Shown piece after piece: positions 39,901 to 52,674 of a DNA stretch of 64,000 nt. Numbering within the stretch: position 1 is the stretch's first letter; every line of letters begins with the position of its first letter. Both the position numbers and the translations under genes were made by a program. This DNA is from Octopus bimaculoides. Its lineage: Eukaryota. The stretch spans positions 90,037,475-90,101,474 of the forward strand of contig NC_068988.1 of assembly GCF_001194135.2 (NCBI RefSeq), given 5' to 3'. Below the pieces are notes generated by a model. The model was not told the DNA's origin, did no database searches, and worked only from the letters and a program-made list of their open reading frames with translations.

Positions 39901-41087
39901 AACTATCATTCATGCTATTTCTCATAAATCTTATAACAACCCGTCCCACTGAATTTAAGATAATCTCGTTCTGCTCTAACTGAGGTTCATATTTTCCAAT
40001 ACCTAATTAGTCAAATATGCGTGACAGCTAAGCTAACAAATTTTACCCTCACGCAACATCTTACTACGAAGCGTACCTCAGAGGCTCTTAACGTCTTATT
40101 ATAACATATTTTGCCTGCTGTACGAGAACTGAAACAACCGGCTCCGGTTATATCTTCTCTTAAATAGTTCAGTAATATGCCCTTTGGCAGCAGCTATATA
40201 GTAATGTTTCTATGAATAGTGTTGAGCGCACCCATCTCCGTCCGTCAAACATTGAATTGTGGTTTACTTGAGTATCACTGGTTACTTTTGGTTTATGAGC
40301 ATGCGCCATAGTTTTGACAACGCGAACAGCCTGTTTCATATTGACATGATTTATAATGTTCATAAAAATGGCGTGGATTCAAATTCTCAGCCCCAACAAA
40401 CTTAGTTATAGCATCATTCATAATATAAAAAATTCTGTAGAAATAGTGTATTCGGTTGATAAAATTACATTCGTGGAAATAAAAAAAAATAATAAGCGAA
40501 TTAATAAATAACAAAATATTAACTTAAAAAGCAAGTCTGAAATTATTTCTGCCAAAATAAAAAAAAAAGAAAACTATGCAAAACTTGTCACAATCAAACG
40601 TTTTCACACGTCACTTAATTGCGTGATTCTACGTTGCTGATGGAAGATGTTAAATGACTTTGCAGAGGTTGAATTAGGACCAAATTGGTGCCACTTAAAA
40701 ATATCTATATATTATCTCTCCAAGTTCGGATAAAAGAGCTAAATTTAGGAGGAAGGCGGAGAAAAATAATACAGAAATTCTTTAGTTCATTAAATGTTAA
40801 CGCGTGTGCAGATGCTAATATTTGTATGTATTGTATGTATGTGAATGAATAGAAATAAGGCTTTATATAATATGGGTGTGTGTGCGCGTGTGTGTGTATG
40901 TGCGTGTGTTGTGTGTCACTGTGTGTGTGTGTACGTGTATGTGTGTTTGTATATGTATACTTGTATGTATGAATTCATGCTAGAGCATGAAAAATATGCA
41001 CATTGCTATATACAGATCTACGCCTATATATGAATGTTTATATACATAAAAGCCAATACAATTACGAAAATAAATATCGACTGCATA

Positions 41088-41141
<54 letters not shown>

Positions 41142-41385
41142 TGTCAAACACATACAGATGTGTACACACTATACAGCACACACATCGTAATGAGTGTATA
41201 GAAACACAGTGATTAGTCTGTTCACTAACACAACGCGGTATTTCCTTCCAATTAGGGAGAGGTTTTCCTGTGCTTCACCAACATGGCTGCCATTACAAAA
41301 GTCTCTAATGACTGAACGCATGAGAGTCACAGAATAAATTGCATACGCTCGTGCGCACACACTGAAGCAATCGCGCTCTACGGAC

Positions 41386-41450
<65 letters not shown>

Positions 41451-41900
41451 NNNNNNNNNNNNNNNNNNNNNNNNNNNNNNNNNNNNNNNNNNNNNNNNNN
41501 NNNNNNNNNNNNNNNNNNNNNNNNNNNNNNNNNNNNNNNNNNNNNNNNNNNNNNNNNNNNNNNNNNNNNNNNNNNNNNNNNNNNNNNNNNNNNNNNNNNN
41601 NNNNNNNNNNNNNNNNNNNNNNNNNNNNNNNNNNNNNNNNNNNNNNNNNNNNNNNNNNNNNNNNNNNNNNNNNNNNNNNNNNNNNNNNNNNNNNNNNNNN
41701 NNNNNNNNNNNNNNNNNNNNNNNNNNNNNNNNNNNNNNNNNNNNNNNNNNNNNNNNNNNNNNNNNNNNNNNNNNNNNNNNNNNNNNNNNNNNNNNNNNNN
41801 NNNNNNNNNNNNNNNNNNNNNNNNNNNNNNNNNNNNNNNNNNNNNNNNNNNNNNNNNNNNNNNNNNNNNNNNNNNNNNNNNNNNNNNNNNNNNNNNNNNN

Positions 41901-41939
<39 letters not shown>

Positions 41940-42766
41940 GCATACAAGTATATTAATGCACACACACACACACACATATACATATATGATATGTATGTTT
42001 ATCCATGGTGAATGTATCTCTGTGAATGCATTAATGATATGCTATGGAACGGTTGAGAAAATATTTAAAGAGCGAGATAATAAAAACGTATGGATAATCA
42101 GAGGGTATTACTCAGATATCTAATGGAATGACAAAGAATAAAATATGTAAAGGGCATGCTACATGAAAACAAGTCAAATAAGAGAAAGAAATTTAAAAGA
42201 GATGCATATATTTATCGTAAACCACTAAGTAGGACGAATTCAGCGGAGAACAATATTTCGACATGAAGATGCTGATAAATTTGGAGATTAAAGATGAAAA
42301 TATGACAACGAAAATTCATACAGAAAAATAGTAACCTGAGGTGTAATGCAAATCTGAGATGTTAAGTCATGTGAAGTCGATGTGTCTGAAGCGTTAGCCT
42401 TGAAATTAAGCATGGTTATTTAGCTGATGAGGCTTAGTGAAATTAAAATATGACTGAATTTGCTATTGTACAAAGTTTTAGTTTCTTGTTCAAACATTAT
42501 TTATTTAATTCTTTTCTTATATTTTGTCTGTTTCAATCATTAGATTGCGTCCATGCTACGACACAGCTTTATAGAATTTTTAGTATGAATCCTTGTACTT
42601 ATATTGGTTTGTATTTTGCCGCACTGCTATGTTACTGGTACGTAAACAAATCAAGGCCGGTTATCAACACCGGAGGACAGTCTCAGAGACGCACGCACAC
42701 ATATACATAAACATACACACACAAACACACACACATATATGTTTGTGCGTGTGTGTATGTGTGTGC

Positions 42767-42860
<94 letters not shown>

Positions 42861-42861
42861 C

Positions 42862-43000
42862 AGGAATCTTTCACTTTCCGTCAACCGAAACCACTCACCA
42901 GGCTTTGGTCGACCCGAGGTTATAGAGGAAAAAAACTTACCCCAGATGCCACGCAATAGGACTGAAACCGGAAAAATGTGGCACTGGCCAGCTGAAAAAA
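42862..43000 (-). mobile_element. SINE family B head and CORE-like region
   Basis: ttccgtcaaccgaaaccactcaccaggctttggtcgacccgagg...ccagatgccacgcaataggactgaaaccgg. Confidence 0.7.
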
Positions 43001-43116
43001 TTGTGTCCCGAAAGTGACGCTGGAATTGATGTATGTCCGAGTCAATATCCCATTCCTTTCTTTTCAAATATTGTAGAGTATTTGAAGTGATATTTGATGT
43101 GTAAGGTACGATTTCT

Positions 43117-43300
43117 GTAGGTGTATGCCTTAGTTGTTAGTGCGATGCATTCATGATCGTAAGATTGTAGTCTCAATTCCGGGATTCATCGCGTTCTTTG
43201 TCAAAACACTTAGTTTCACGCTGCTTCAGTCCATTTAGTTGGCAATAATGAGTAATCCTATGACAGACCAGTGTCGCATCTACGGAGAGTAGGGAACATA
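43117..43300 (+). mobile_element. SINE family C, degenerate
   Basis: tRNA-like head, then ttctttgtcaaaacacttagtttcacgctgcttcagtccatttagttggcaataatgagtaa; homologous to 61630-61911. Confidence 0.7.
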
Positions 43301-43377
43301 TACGTTCCAGAGTCCGAGTTAAAGGCCTTATCAGTCAATGGCTCAGTAACAGCTGTTGATAATTTGTCTTTTTGCGT

Positions 43378-43630
43378 GTAGGTGCGTGGTTTACTGTTTA
43401 GGTTGTTTGAACATCGATCATATAATAGTGATTTTGATTCCTAGACCGGGTGATTCCTTGCTTTCATGAGCAAAATTATTGCTTTCATGTTGCTCCAATT
43501 CACCCAGCTGGCCAAAATGATTAGTTCTGCGTCGGACCGGTGACCCGTCTAGGAATGCAAGGGAATATATACGACATAGAATCTAAGAAACATGCCTTAT
43601 GGGTCTATGGCTCTGGAATGACCATTGGTT
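43378..43630 (+). mobile_element. SINE family C, degenerate
   Basis: gattcctagaccggg...catgttgctccaattcacccagctggccaaaatga. Confidence 0.7.
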
Positions 43631-44012
43631 CTTTATTTGAAGGTACGATTTTCGCTTGTACCCAATTCAGTATTTTAAAAGTGATGCTTACCTAGGCCAA
43701 CTTACAATGAAAGACATTCTATTTAGAATATTTTTCAGTATTGATTCCAAATTTTCCTTTTGTTGAACAAGCTACGATCGTATAGATTGGGTTATAGGCT
43801 AATATTGGCAAAGATTGGGTTAAACTGTCGCGTGGACATAATGCTGTCAGACATTCTTTGTGTAAAAGGGTCCATACCTCGAAATAAATACCGCAATGTA
43901 CTTCTGAACTTTTCTAGTGTTTTGATTTTCATCATTGTTCTTAATTAAGTCACCATAATTATCTATATGCGACTCAAAAGAAAAAAAACTGATAGAATCA
44001 TTTATTCTATCA

Positions 44013-44054
<42 letters not shown>

Positions 44055-44184
44055 GCAGTAAAACAAGTTCTTATTTAACCCGATATCTCTAGATAAATGT
44101 ATAGTCATACACACAAACATGTACATATTCACGGATATATTTGTATAGATATTCTTATGGTGTCAGCGGTATATATATATATGT

Positions 44185-44223
<39 letters not shown>

Positions 44224-44518
44224 TGAGCGTGTGTGTGTGGTTTATGTATATATATATCTATATATATATAATTGAGCACTCAATATAAGTTCAGTTATAT
44301 ATTCTTTTAGAATATTTCTTTTAGAATATTACTTATAAAAGTTATATATATATGTATATTAATAGAACCAAAATATACTTTAAGAATTTTATATAAGGCT
44401 ACTAAACAAACACTGATCAACGCAAAATATTGATCACACTTAAATATCGATCGTCTTTGAAATGTTATTCTATCGATCATCATCAAAGAATTCGATTATG
44501 GTTGACATGTTTTCTCAG

Positions 44519-44592
44519 ACAAAATCTGGACAGGACACTGCTTCGTTCAGCAGGCATTCTCCGTTCTCTATGATAATGGACACATTAAAGAG
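44519..44592 (+). CDS. Candidate coding exon (DKIWTGHCFVQQAFSVLYDNGHIKE, or the alternative open frame)
   Basis: Acceptor gacatgttttctcag, donor GAG|gtgact; two frames open; no homologue recognised. Confidence 0.35.
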
Positions 44593-44882
44593 GTGACTTA
44601 TATTTTCCAGTGCATCTATGTGAATATATGTATGCCATTTATGCATATCTTTATATATGTGTGTATGAATATATATGTATGAATATTTATTTATTTATTT
44701 ATGTGTTTCAGCCAAGTGGCTGCGGTCATGCTGGTGCATATATATATATATATATATATATCAATGTTTTTTTTTTTCTGTCTAATTGTACGTGAAGACA
44801 GATGTTTACGAATAATGATGGTATCTATGAATGCATGTATGTATATATGCGTCTATTACACACACACACTATCACACACACA

Positions 44883-44965
<83 letters not shown>

Positions 44966-45354
44966 GCACATGCACACACACATACGCACATATATACATG
45001 CAGGCAGTCGGACCGACAGATAAACATATATATATATATATTTATGTTATACATACATATGCATATATTTACTGAATTTTCTGTTTCTCTCAATTTCGTG
45101 CAAGCATGAATGTGTATTTGTGGTTGTGTGTATGTGTATGTTTGTGTGTATGTGCGCACGTGCGTGCGTGTGTGTGTGTGTGTGTGTTTGTAGACATGTA
45201 CGTACGCGAGTGTGTGGAATTGTCTCTATTTATGTAGACAAATAAATATATAAATATGTATTTATTTATATGTGTGTGTGGTTCTTTGTGTTTCTCTGTG
45301 TATAAGTATATATTATATAGACATCTACATTATGTATATGAATGTATATATGTC

Positions 45355-45385
<31 letters not shown>

Positions 45386-45636
45386 NNNNNNNNNNNNNNN
45401 NNNNNNNNNNNNNNNNNNNNNNNNNNNNNNNNNNNNNNNNNNNNNNNNNNNNNNNNNNNNNNNNNNNNNNNNNNNNNNNNNNNNNNNNNNNNNNNNNNNN
45501 NNNNNNNNNNNNNNNNNNNNNNNNNNNNNNNNNNNNNNNNNNNNNNNNNNNNNNNNNNNNNNNNNNNNNNNNNNNNNNNNNNNNNNNNNNNNNNNNNNNN
45601 NNNNNNNNNNNNNNNNNNNNNNNNNNNNNNNNNNNN

Positions 45637-45703
<67 letters not shown>

Positions 45704-46061
45704 TTGTCCCTCATTCTTCCTCGTCCCTGTTCTCTTCTTCCTTTCATTCCTTTTCCTAGTCCTCCTCATCATTATCAACATCATTATCAGCACCCTTCTT
45801 TAGTGTAGCTGCAACCGTCGAATCTCCAGAGGTCAACGGTAACTTGAAAATAATTTAGACAAGAATTGTTGCCATTCTCAAAGTCAGCTCGAAATTCAGG
45901 CACTTCATTTCGTCCTTCCCTTTCTTTGTTTTTTTTTCTTTCTTTCTCACTTCCTCATTCTCTCTCTCTATCTCTCTCATCATCATCATCATCATCACCA
46001 TCATCATGTGGAGCAAATATGTCTTTAACTAGATGTAACAGACAAGGATCTTCTTAGAATA

Positions 46062-46771
46062 CTGTTGGTATAATTGACTTGTATGAAATAGCTTGGAGCA
46101 AATGAAAGTTAAAAAGGAGGGGATGCAACGAGAGCGAAAGAGAAAACGAGAGAGAGAGAGAGAGAGAGAGAGAAGGCGGGAGTGGCAGAGAAAGCTAGAG
46201 AAACGGCACTCACCAAAGGTCACCATGGTTGTAGACTTAGGTAAATAACTGAACTGATGTAAATTAGCCAATTTGCTTTATTTTACTTTATTGAAATTAA
46301 AATGGCTTCCTTTATTTTGCTCAATATACACCTTTATCCTCCAGTCGTCAACATCAATATAAATATCACTAGGACCACCATAAACATTACAACAGCAGTA
46401 TATTCATAATACGATTCTACAAAACTAACGGAGTTAACAATTAAGCCTCTGTGTTCTGGCTTGTGCAGTTTGAAAGAAAAGCCTAATTCCGTCAAATAAC
46501 ACCTTGCTATCCTGGAAAAGAGAAGGATATGCCTGTGTTGTGTGACGTTAAATATACATAACTAAAATGTCTTTTGTCATATATATTGACAAAGATATCT
46601 TAACTGGCGAAAGAATCTTCATTAAGGGGAACAAAACCAACACCATTTGCCATTCTCTGTTGGTATAATTGACTTGTATGAAATAGCTTGGACCAAATGA
46701 AAGTGAAATAGGAGGGGATACAAAGAGAGCGAAAGAGAGAGAAAGAGAGAGAAAGAGAGAGAGAAGGCGGG
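46062..46771. repeat. Local direct duplication: 46062-46180 versus 46657-46771
   Basis: ctgttggtataattgacttgtatgaaatagcttgga...(GA)n aaggcggg present twice with substitutions. Confidence 0.85.
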
Positions 46772-48300
46772 TGTGGCACCACGAATTCCACACCAGGAAT
46801 CACACCAGTAGATGCTTTACATTACGACTAGCCCTATACAATCAGGAAATACACATCATCAACAATATTACAGTACAGCGAAGGCTACATCAACACAAAC
46901 GTATACGACCTGTTATATCCTTATGGATAAACGAATACCCGCAAAAGTGTAATAACAATATAATCGAAACAAACGGCAGTAAACACACGGAACGTAACAA
47001 CACTCTTTTAAGAACCAACAATCCAACACGCTGTCTCGAAATGTAAACCTTGAACTCCAACTTTGAACCATCAACACACGAACTGTGGAACTAGCACGAT
47101 GATTTTATTTCAAACACAAGGGTTAAACAAAGAGGGGCAATACACGGAGCAAATGGAGTCGGGGACTTACCGAATGATATTACATATATGAATAAATACA
47201 TTATAATTTCGGATGAATATGAAAACGTGAATGGACGTGGAATGGGTTTGGCCCCCACCAACCACATTCCTGCGTTGAACCGTTTACTTCGTCCTTTTTT
47301 TTTATTCCGCTTAGTTAGGCTTTCCTTCTTAGGTGATATAAAAAGAAGTTAACCAAAGCATGCCCGGAGACGAAGGTGCCTGATGCGATACCTCTTCCAC
47401 ACGTCTTCCATATCACCTCTTTCGCTAAAGCTATTACGGTTAGAAAACAGTATTTCTCTCCTCTCTTTAGAGGAGAAGGCGGAACGATCTTAACAATCGA
47501 TTCGGCTGACAGCTCTATTCTCTCCAGCTGTGACAGTATCCTTTCGGTAGAAACCCACAGGTCCGAGAGACTTGGACACTGTACGATTTCGTACAGAACA
47601 GTTTCGTTGCCCTGACCGCAGCGTGGGAACGTAGTCGAAACCGTGACGCCGTGCCTGGCACTTCGGAAGCAAACCCAAGCCAGGGACTTCTGGAAGTTGT
47701 CCATAGGTCTCGGGCCGAAAGTCCTTTGATGCATGTTGATAAGCTGACTTTCATTGAAACCCAGATTCTCCCGCAGGTTGTCATCACACTTGCCCTCTAC
47801 CAGCCCGCTATAGTACGCCGAGGTGGTACCCCCTCCACCGGCCGCTACTATTTATATGCAGTGATCCAGTCCATTCTCGCCAGAGAGCGTCGTACTCTCG
47901 CACAACATCTCCCTTTTTGAGATTTCGTGTTCCATAGGAATAAAGAAACTTTTCATTTATATTTTCATTCTTTTAGTATCTCTTTCGCTTGGGCATTATC
48001 TCAAGGTTTTCGGTCTGCTTTCTTTTTCTCATGCTGGTTCTTCGAGTCTCTATTACTTTTGGTACCGGTACATCGAATATTTCACAGAATGCTTCCATGG
48101 GAACTTCTTCCTGATTTTGGGTATGCCTCTTCCTTAGTTGATTTATATGTTTCTTATTTTCACCGTGTGACCTTTTAATTAGATAAATAGTACTTCCAAT
48201 TTTTCTGGTAACAAGGCCATCTTCCCAGCCTTCCTTAAAGCTTTTATAGGTCTTGAAATGCACTTTAGAGAGATTTCAATCTCCATTTTAAAGACTAAGG
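46772..48300 (-). mobile_element. Gypsy-type LTR retrotransposon remnant (post-integrase tail, PPT, 3' LTR)
   Basis: ORF GWEDGLVTRKIGSTIYLIK..KKHINQLRKR resembles the Gypsy/Mag integrase C-terminus. Polypurine tract aaaaagggaga (47908-47918) sits immediately before TGTTGTGC (47907); the putative LTR ends ...GTGCCACA at 46772. Confidence 0.7.
47101..47845 (-). mobile_element. 5'-truncated L1/Tx1-clade LINE fragment nested in the LTR
   Basis: YYSGLVEGKCDD..TFGPRPMDNFQKSLAW..PRCGQGNETV..IVQCP..LW..IALAKEVIW (ORF2 C-terminal zinc-binding region), then a 3' UTR ending in aaataaaatc. Confidence 0.7.
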
Positions 48301-48427
48301 CACCACTAATAAAACCTCGCACCACCAGAGCAATTATTATACAATTAGGTTCACGCGAAGAGGACTCGATAGTAACTACCAGAACACATCAGTATTGACA
48401 TCGCCTTAGTTCTGTCTCTTGTAACAT

Positions 48428-48636
48428 ATGCAAATTAAAGAGGCACCCATCCTCATTTTGATGATTAAGACATCGCTATTGAGACAACGCACCACCTTAG
48501 CAACTATTACACAGTTACTCTCACCCCCAACCAAGTTTCGATGTGAAAAATCACAACGCAGTAGTCTCGATTCGTCCGTTGCTATATCTTTTTTCCGGCA
48601 AATGCAAAATAAAGAGGCATTAATCCTCATTTTAAT
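48428..48636. repeat. 35-bp imperfect direct repeat pair
   Basis: atgcaaattaaagaggcacccatcctcattttgat (48428-48462) and atgcaaaataaagaggcattaatcctcattttaat (48602-48636). Confidence 0.75.
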
Positions 48637-49501
48637 TTATACGTCATCACGATTAAGGCAATTCACCGCCACAACAATTAATGCACGTTTACTTTCACAC
48701 GACAACGTTCGGATCGTAAATGCCACAGCACGTCATCCTCGACATCATCTCAATTCTGTCTTTCATGCCAAATGTAACTTAAAAAGACATCACCATTAAG
48801 CTGAAGCATTACCAGAACAATTATTACGCAATTATTTTAATGCAGCGACGTTTCGATGTCGCCCGACAAAATTGCTCAACGTCAAAATCCCCTTGTTATT
48901 ACCTTTAGTGCTGTGTATAAAGAGAATAGGCCTTACTCGTCATCTTAACATGCAAGGAAATGTCTCTATCCCTGTAGCTGATATGTCATCCATGCAATTA
49001 TATCCGTTCTTCTTTTCTAACATCTAACTTCACACCTCTCATAAAATTTGATCATCAATTTGAGAAATTATTACGATTCTCGATTATTAACTTTCCTTTG
49101 AAAAATGTTTTCAATATCATTCCGTGTTCAAATCCATATTTAACTTATCAAACGTGACATGAATGCTGTAAAAAGCCAAAAGAAAATACAAAAACACGCG
49201 GTAAAGAAGGTAACAACACAAGAAATATAGCGAGAAGAGAAAACAAGCAGAAATTGGTTTTAAAATGTCACAGTCGTAATATTATCACGAATATTATAAT
49301 TACTTTAAGCTGGCACGTTCAATGAGTTTCTAAATAGACTCAAATATACACTTAATTGTATTAGTTTAAGTAAATAGATATTCAATTTGGATATCCAACT
49401 TGAGCATCAACTTCTCGGCTTTTCTGATAGTGATTATTATATTTTTTAATATCGCCTTCCATGTGTAGTAATAGCAGCAGCAGCAGCAGTAGTAGTAGTA
49501 T

Positions 49502-49534
<33 letters not shown>

Positions 49535-49642
49535 AGAGAGTGAGAAAGTTATTGGGAGTGGAGATTGGGGGGGGGAGAATGGAGACATTATTTCTTTAAT
49601 TCTTGTTGAAATAAACATCTTTGTAACATTATGAAGTTAGAC

Positions 49643-49704
<62 letters not shown>

Positions 49705-50336
49705 AACTGTCGATTTTTATTTCATATGCTCACATCTATAATACAGAGTATTTTGAAGTGTATCCTGCGGTGAATAACCATTTAACTGTAGAGCAGATGC
49801 ATCAATATTTGAAAGCCCAACACACAAAAAAAAATACTTTTATATACCCTCTCACACGCGCACATACACATACAAATACAAACATATTTGTGTGTGTGTG
49901 TGTTTGTGAGTGTGTGTGTGTGTGTGTGCGTCTGTGTGTGTGCGCGTGTGTGTGTGTGCATGTGTGCGTGCGTGCGCGTTCGTGTGTCGGTATTGTGTGT
50001 CTATGTGTTTCTCTATTCGGGCGTCACTTGATCAACAGAACTCCCTTTCTTTAGAGTTACAATTTATTTTCTTACTTGTTCTCTTCCTTTGTATCTTTAC
50101 TTCTCCATCTTCCCTTTCTTACTAATCTTTAGTCATTTCTTGTCTATTCTAACTTAGATCTTCGTCCTTACATCTTCTCTTCCTCCTTCCTTATTTTATT
50201 TGTCTCCTGATTCTTGGCGTTCATATAATTGCATCTCTATCTCTACCTATAGCTTATATTATGTGTGTATATGTATAAACATATATATATATATATGCAT
50301 GTATATATCTCTATATATCTATCTCAACTCTCTCTT

Positions 50337-50368
<32 letters not shown>

Positions 50369-50966
50369 TGTCTCTCTCTCTCTGTCTACATATGTATATA
50401 TATGTATATATATGTAGGTATATATACACACATATGTATATATGTATGTGTCTGTGTGTGCGTGTAGGGAGAGAGAGAGAGAGAGAAAAAAAAAAGAGAG
50501 AGCGAGAGAGAGAGAGAACAAGAGACAAGGAACAGCGAAGGGAAGGATAGAGATGTGCTGAGGTTTATACTGAAAATATTGGCAATAATAACACTTATCT
50601 GAAGATCACTTTTCATCTATGTATATCAAAGTGTAATATATAGTATATTTTCCAACTAATTACAGAATCTATTAAGTGCATTTATGCTCTGAAGACATCA
50701 GCGCTGTGAACCAGTTTTCTCAAGTCGCATTATTTTCTGTTACACCGTTAGGTTGCTTTTTATACAAATGCGGGTATACATTGCGTTAGTATCACAGTAA
50801 TGTTTCAGTGATGCCCCTGATGTAGATCTTTAAACGTACACTCACGTTCACACAGAGTACATCTAGTTTACACTAGCGATTAAATACTGATTGTTTGCTT
50901 ATATCTGTCATTAACCATTTAGCATTTAAACCAGTTATATTCTGTTCTATGTTAGACAAACAAGAC

Positions 50967-51085
50967 CTGGCCTCTCGCACATACTCTGGCCTCTCACACG
51001 TACTCTGGCCTCTCACACGTACCCTGGCCTCTCACACGTACCCTGGCCTCTCGCACATACTCTGGCCTCTCACACGTACCCTGGC
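50967..51085. repeat. 19-bp minisatellite CTGGCCTCTC(A/G)CAC(G/A)TAC(C/T) x6
   Basis: Six complete units; unit 1 equals unit 5. Confidence 0.93.
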
Positions 51086-52432
51086 ATTCTTAAAATCATT
51101 GAAATCTCGAAGATACAACTTGTTGTAGCTTCGGGATTTCATTGATTTTTCGAATGTCATAATTTCGCTAGCTTATAACAGCACAGACTAGATGTTACGA
51201 ATATTATATTTTCAGATTCGATAAACTTCCCAGTAGGGATCTACACAATTTATGTACTCCAATATAGTTTCAACGCAATTTTTATCAATGCACTCCACCC
51301 ACTGTACCAAACTATACTTTCTTTACTGTTTTCGCTAAAAAAAAAAAAACCCTGATTAGATGAAACATTCAAGTTACTGCTAGTCTTTTTAAAATAAGAG
51401 AATGATTTACATTGTTTAAGATTTGTCCTCTTTGATCAGTCAATACTGCATTTTTCTTGGACGGGGTGTATTAATATCGGACAAAATATTTAACTTTTAT
51501 AGAATATACGTCGAATTTTACCAACCAACTTTCATTCAGATTTATTAATGCCTACTAAAACAGATATGTGAATTACAAGTAGAAAAAATGTGCTAGACAT
51601 GTATTCCCCTTAAGTCAAGATAATATCGCCCTTACTTACAAAGGAGAATACAGTAATGCAATGTTTTGATAGAATACAAGATTTAACACCCATTTCTTCC
51701 TATTTGATATATAACCCTTTTTGGTGCTATTGTTATTGAATCTGTGCTTTAAAACACAGTCTCATATTTTATCAGTCACGTCATCAAGAACGTAACAGTT
51801 GGCTTTATCTTACATGGTATTTGCTCGTCTAATGTAATTTTATTTGAAATAAGAATCAAAATAATGTGTTTCTTGGCCCTAGTATCGTTTCCAAAGCAGG
51901 CAACATTGCTTGCTGCAGCGTATATTTTTAATGCATTACGCAAATCTCCAGAGATTTATATTGAGTCACTAGCCTTTTATAATTATCAATTTTTGACGCA
52001 CAAAACTACAGTTTATGTCCATATTTCCACATACACTACCTGCAAAATAAAATGCAGCACATAGCTATATTTGGAATATATATTCATCAGTTTATATTTT
52101 AATACAAAATGTAAAAATTCTATACAAAGTTTGATGGAATGTATATTATTCAGTTTATATTTTAATAAAAACAAAAAGCGTAAAATTCTATACTTCGTAA
52201 TACCTTATATAAATAATTAAATATCCCATGCAAATCAGAGTCCTACGGTTTTCTAAACTTAAATCAACGAACATTATTTACATTATTTACATTAATTACA
52301 TTCGACGGATATTTGTCGTCACCTTGTTTGATGTTAACACAAAGTTTCGGCTGATATACCCTCCAGCCTTCTTGGGGAAATTTCGAAACTGGGTTCTCAT
52401 TCCTAAGGTGTTTGTCGATGTTATTATTATTA

Positions 52433-52467
<35 letters not shown>

Positions 52468-52485
52468 GTTGTTGTTGTTGTTGTT

Positions 52486-52560
52486 CAGGTCACTGCTTGG
52501 AATGGAACTCGGAATCTCGGGGTTAACACCTCACGCTCTTAACCGCTACGCCATATGCCC
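52486..52560 (-). promoter_or_regulatory. tRNA-derived Pol III internal promoter (A and B boxes), not a functional tRNA
   Basis: gggcatatggcgtagcggttaagagcg...gagttccattccaagc: A-box TGGCGTAGCGG, degenerate B-box GAGTTCCATTCC; the cloverleaf does not close properly. Confidence 0.65.
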
Positions 52561-52628
52561 ACAGGCATAATAATAGGAACATCGGAAAATATCTTGGGAA
52601 TGAGAAGCCAGGTTCGAAATTTCCCCAA

Positions 52629-52674
52629 GACACCTGATGAAGGCTGGAGGGTATATTAGCCGGAACGTTGTGTT
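52629..52674 (+). ncRNA. Minimal type-I hammerhead ribozyme motif, with GAAA mutated to GGAA
   Basis: Stem I gacac/gtgtt; CTGATGA at 52634-40; stem II ggctg/tagcc; palindromic ACGT stem III; GUU triplet. Confidence 0.65.

Noticed and set aside
50967-51085. Regular short repeats as a CRISPR array
   Set aside because: No unique spacers and a eukaryotic context; likewise for 30571-30655.
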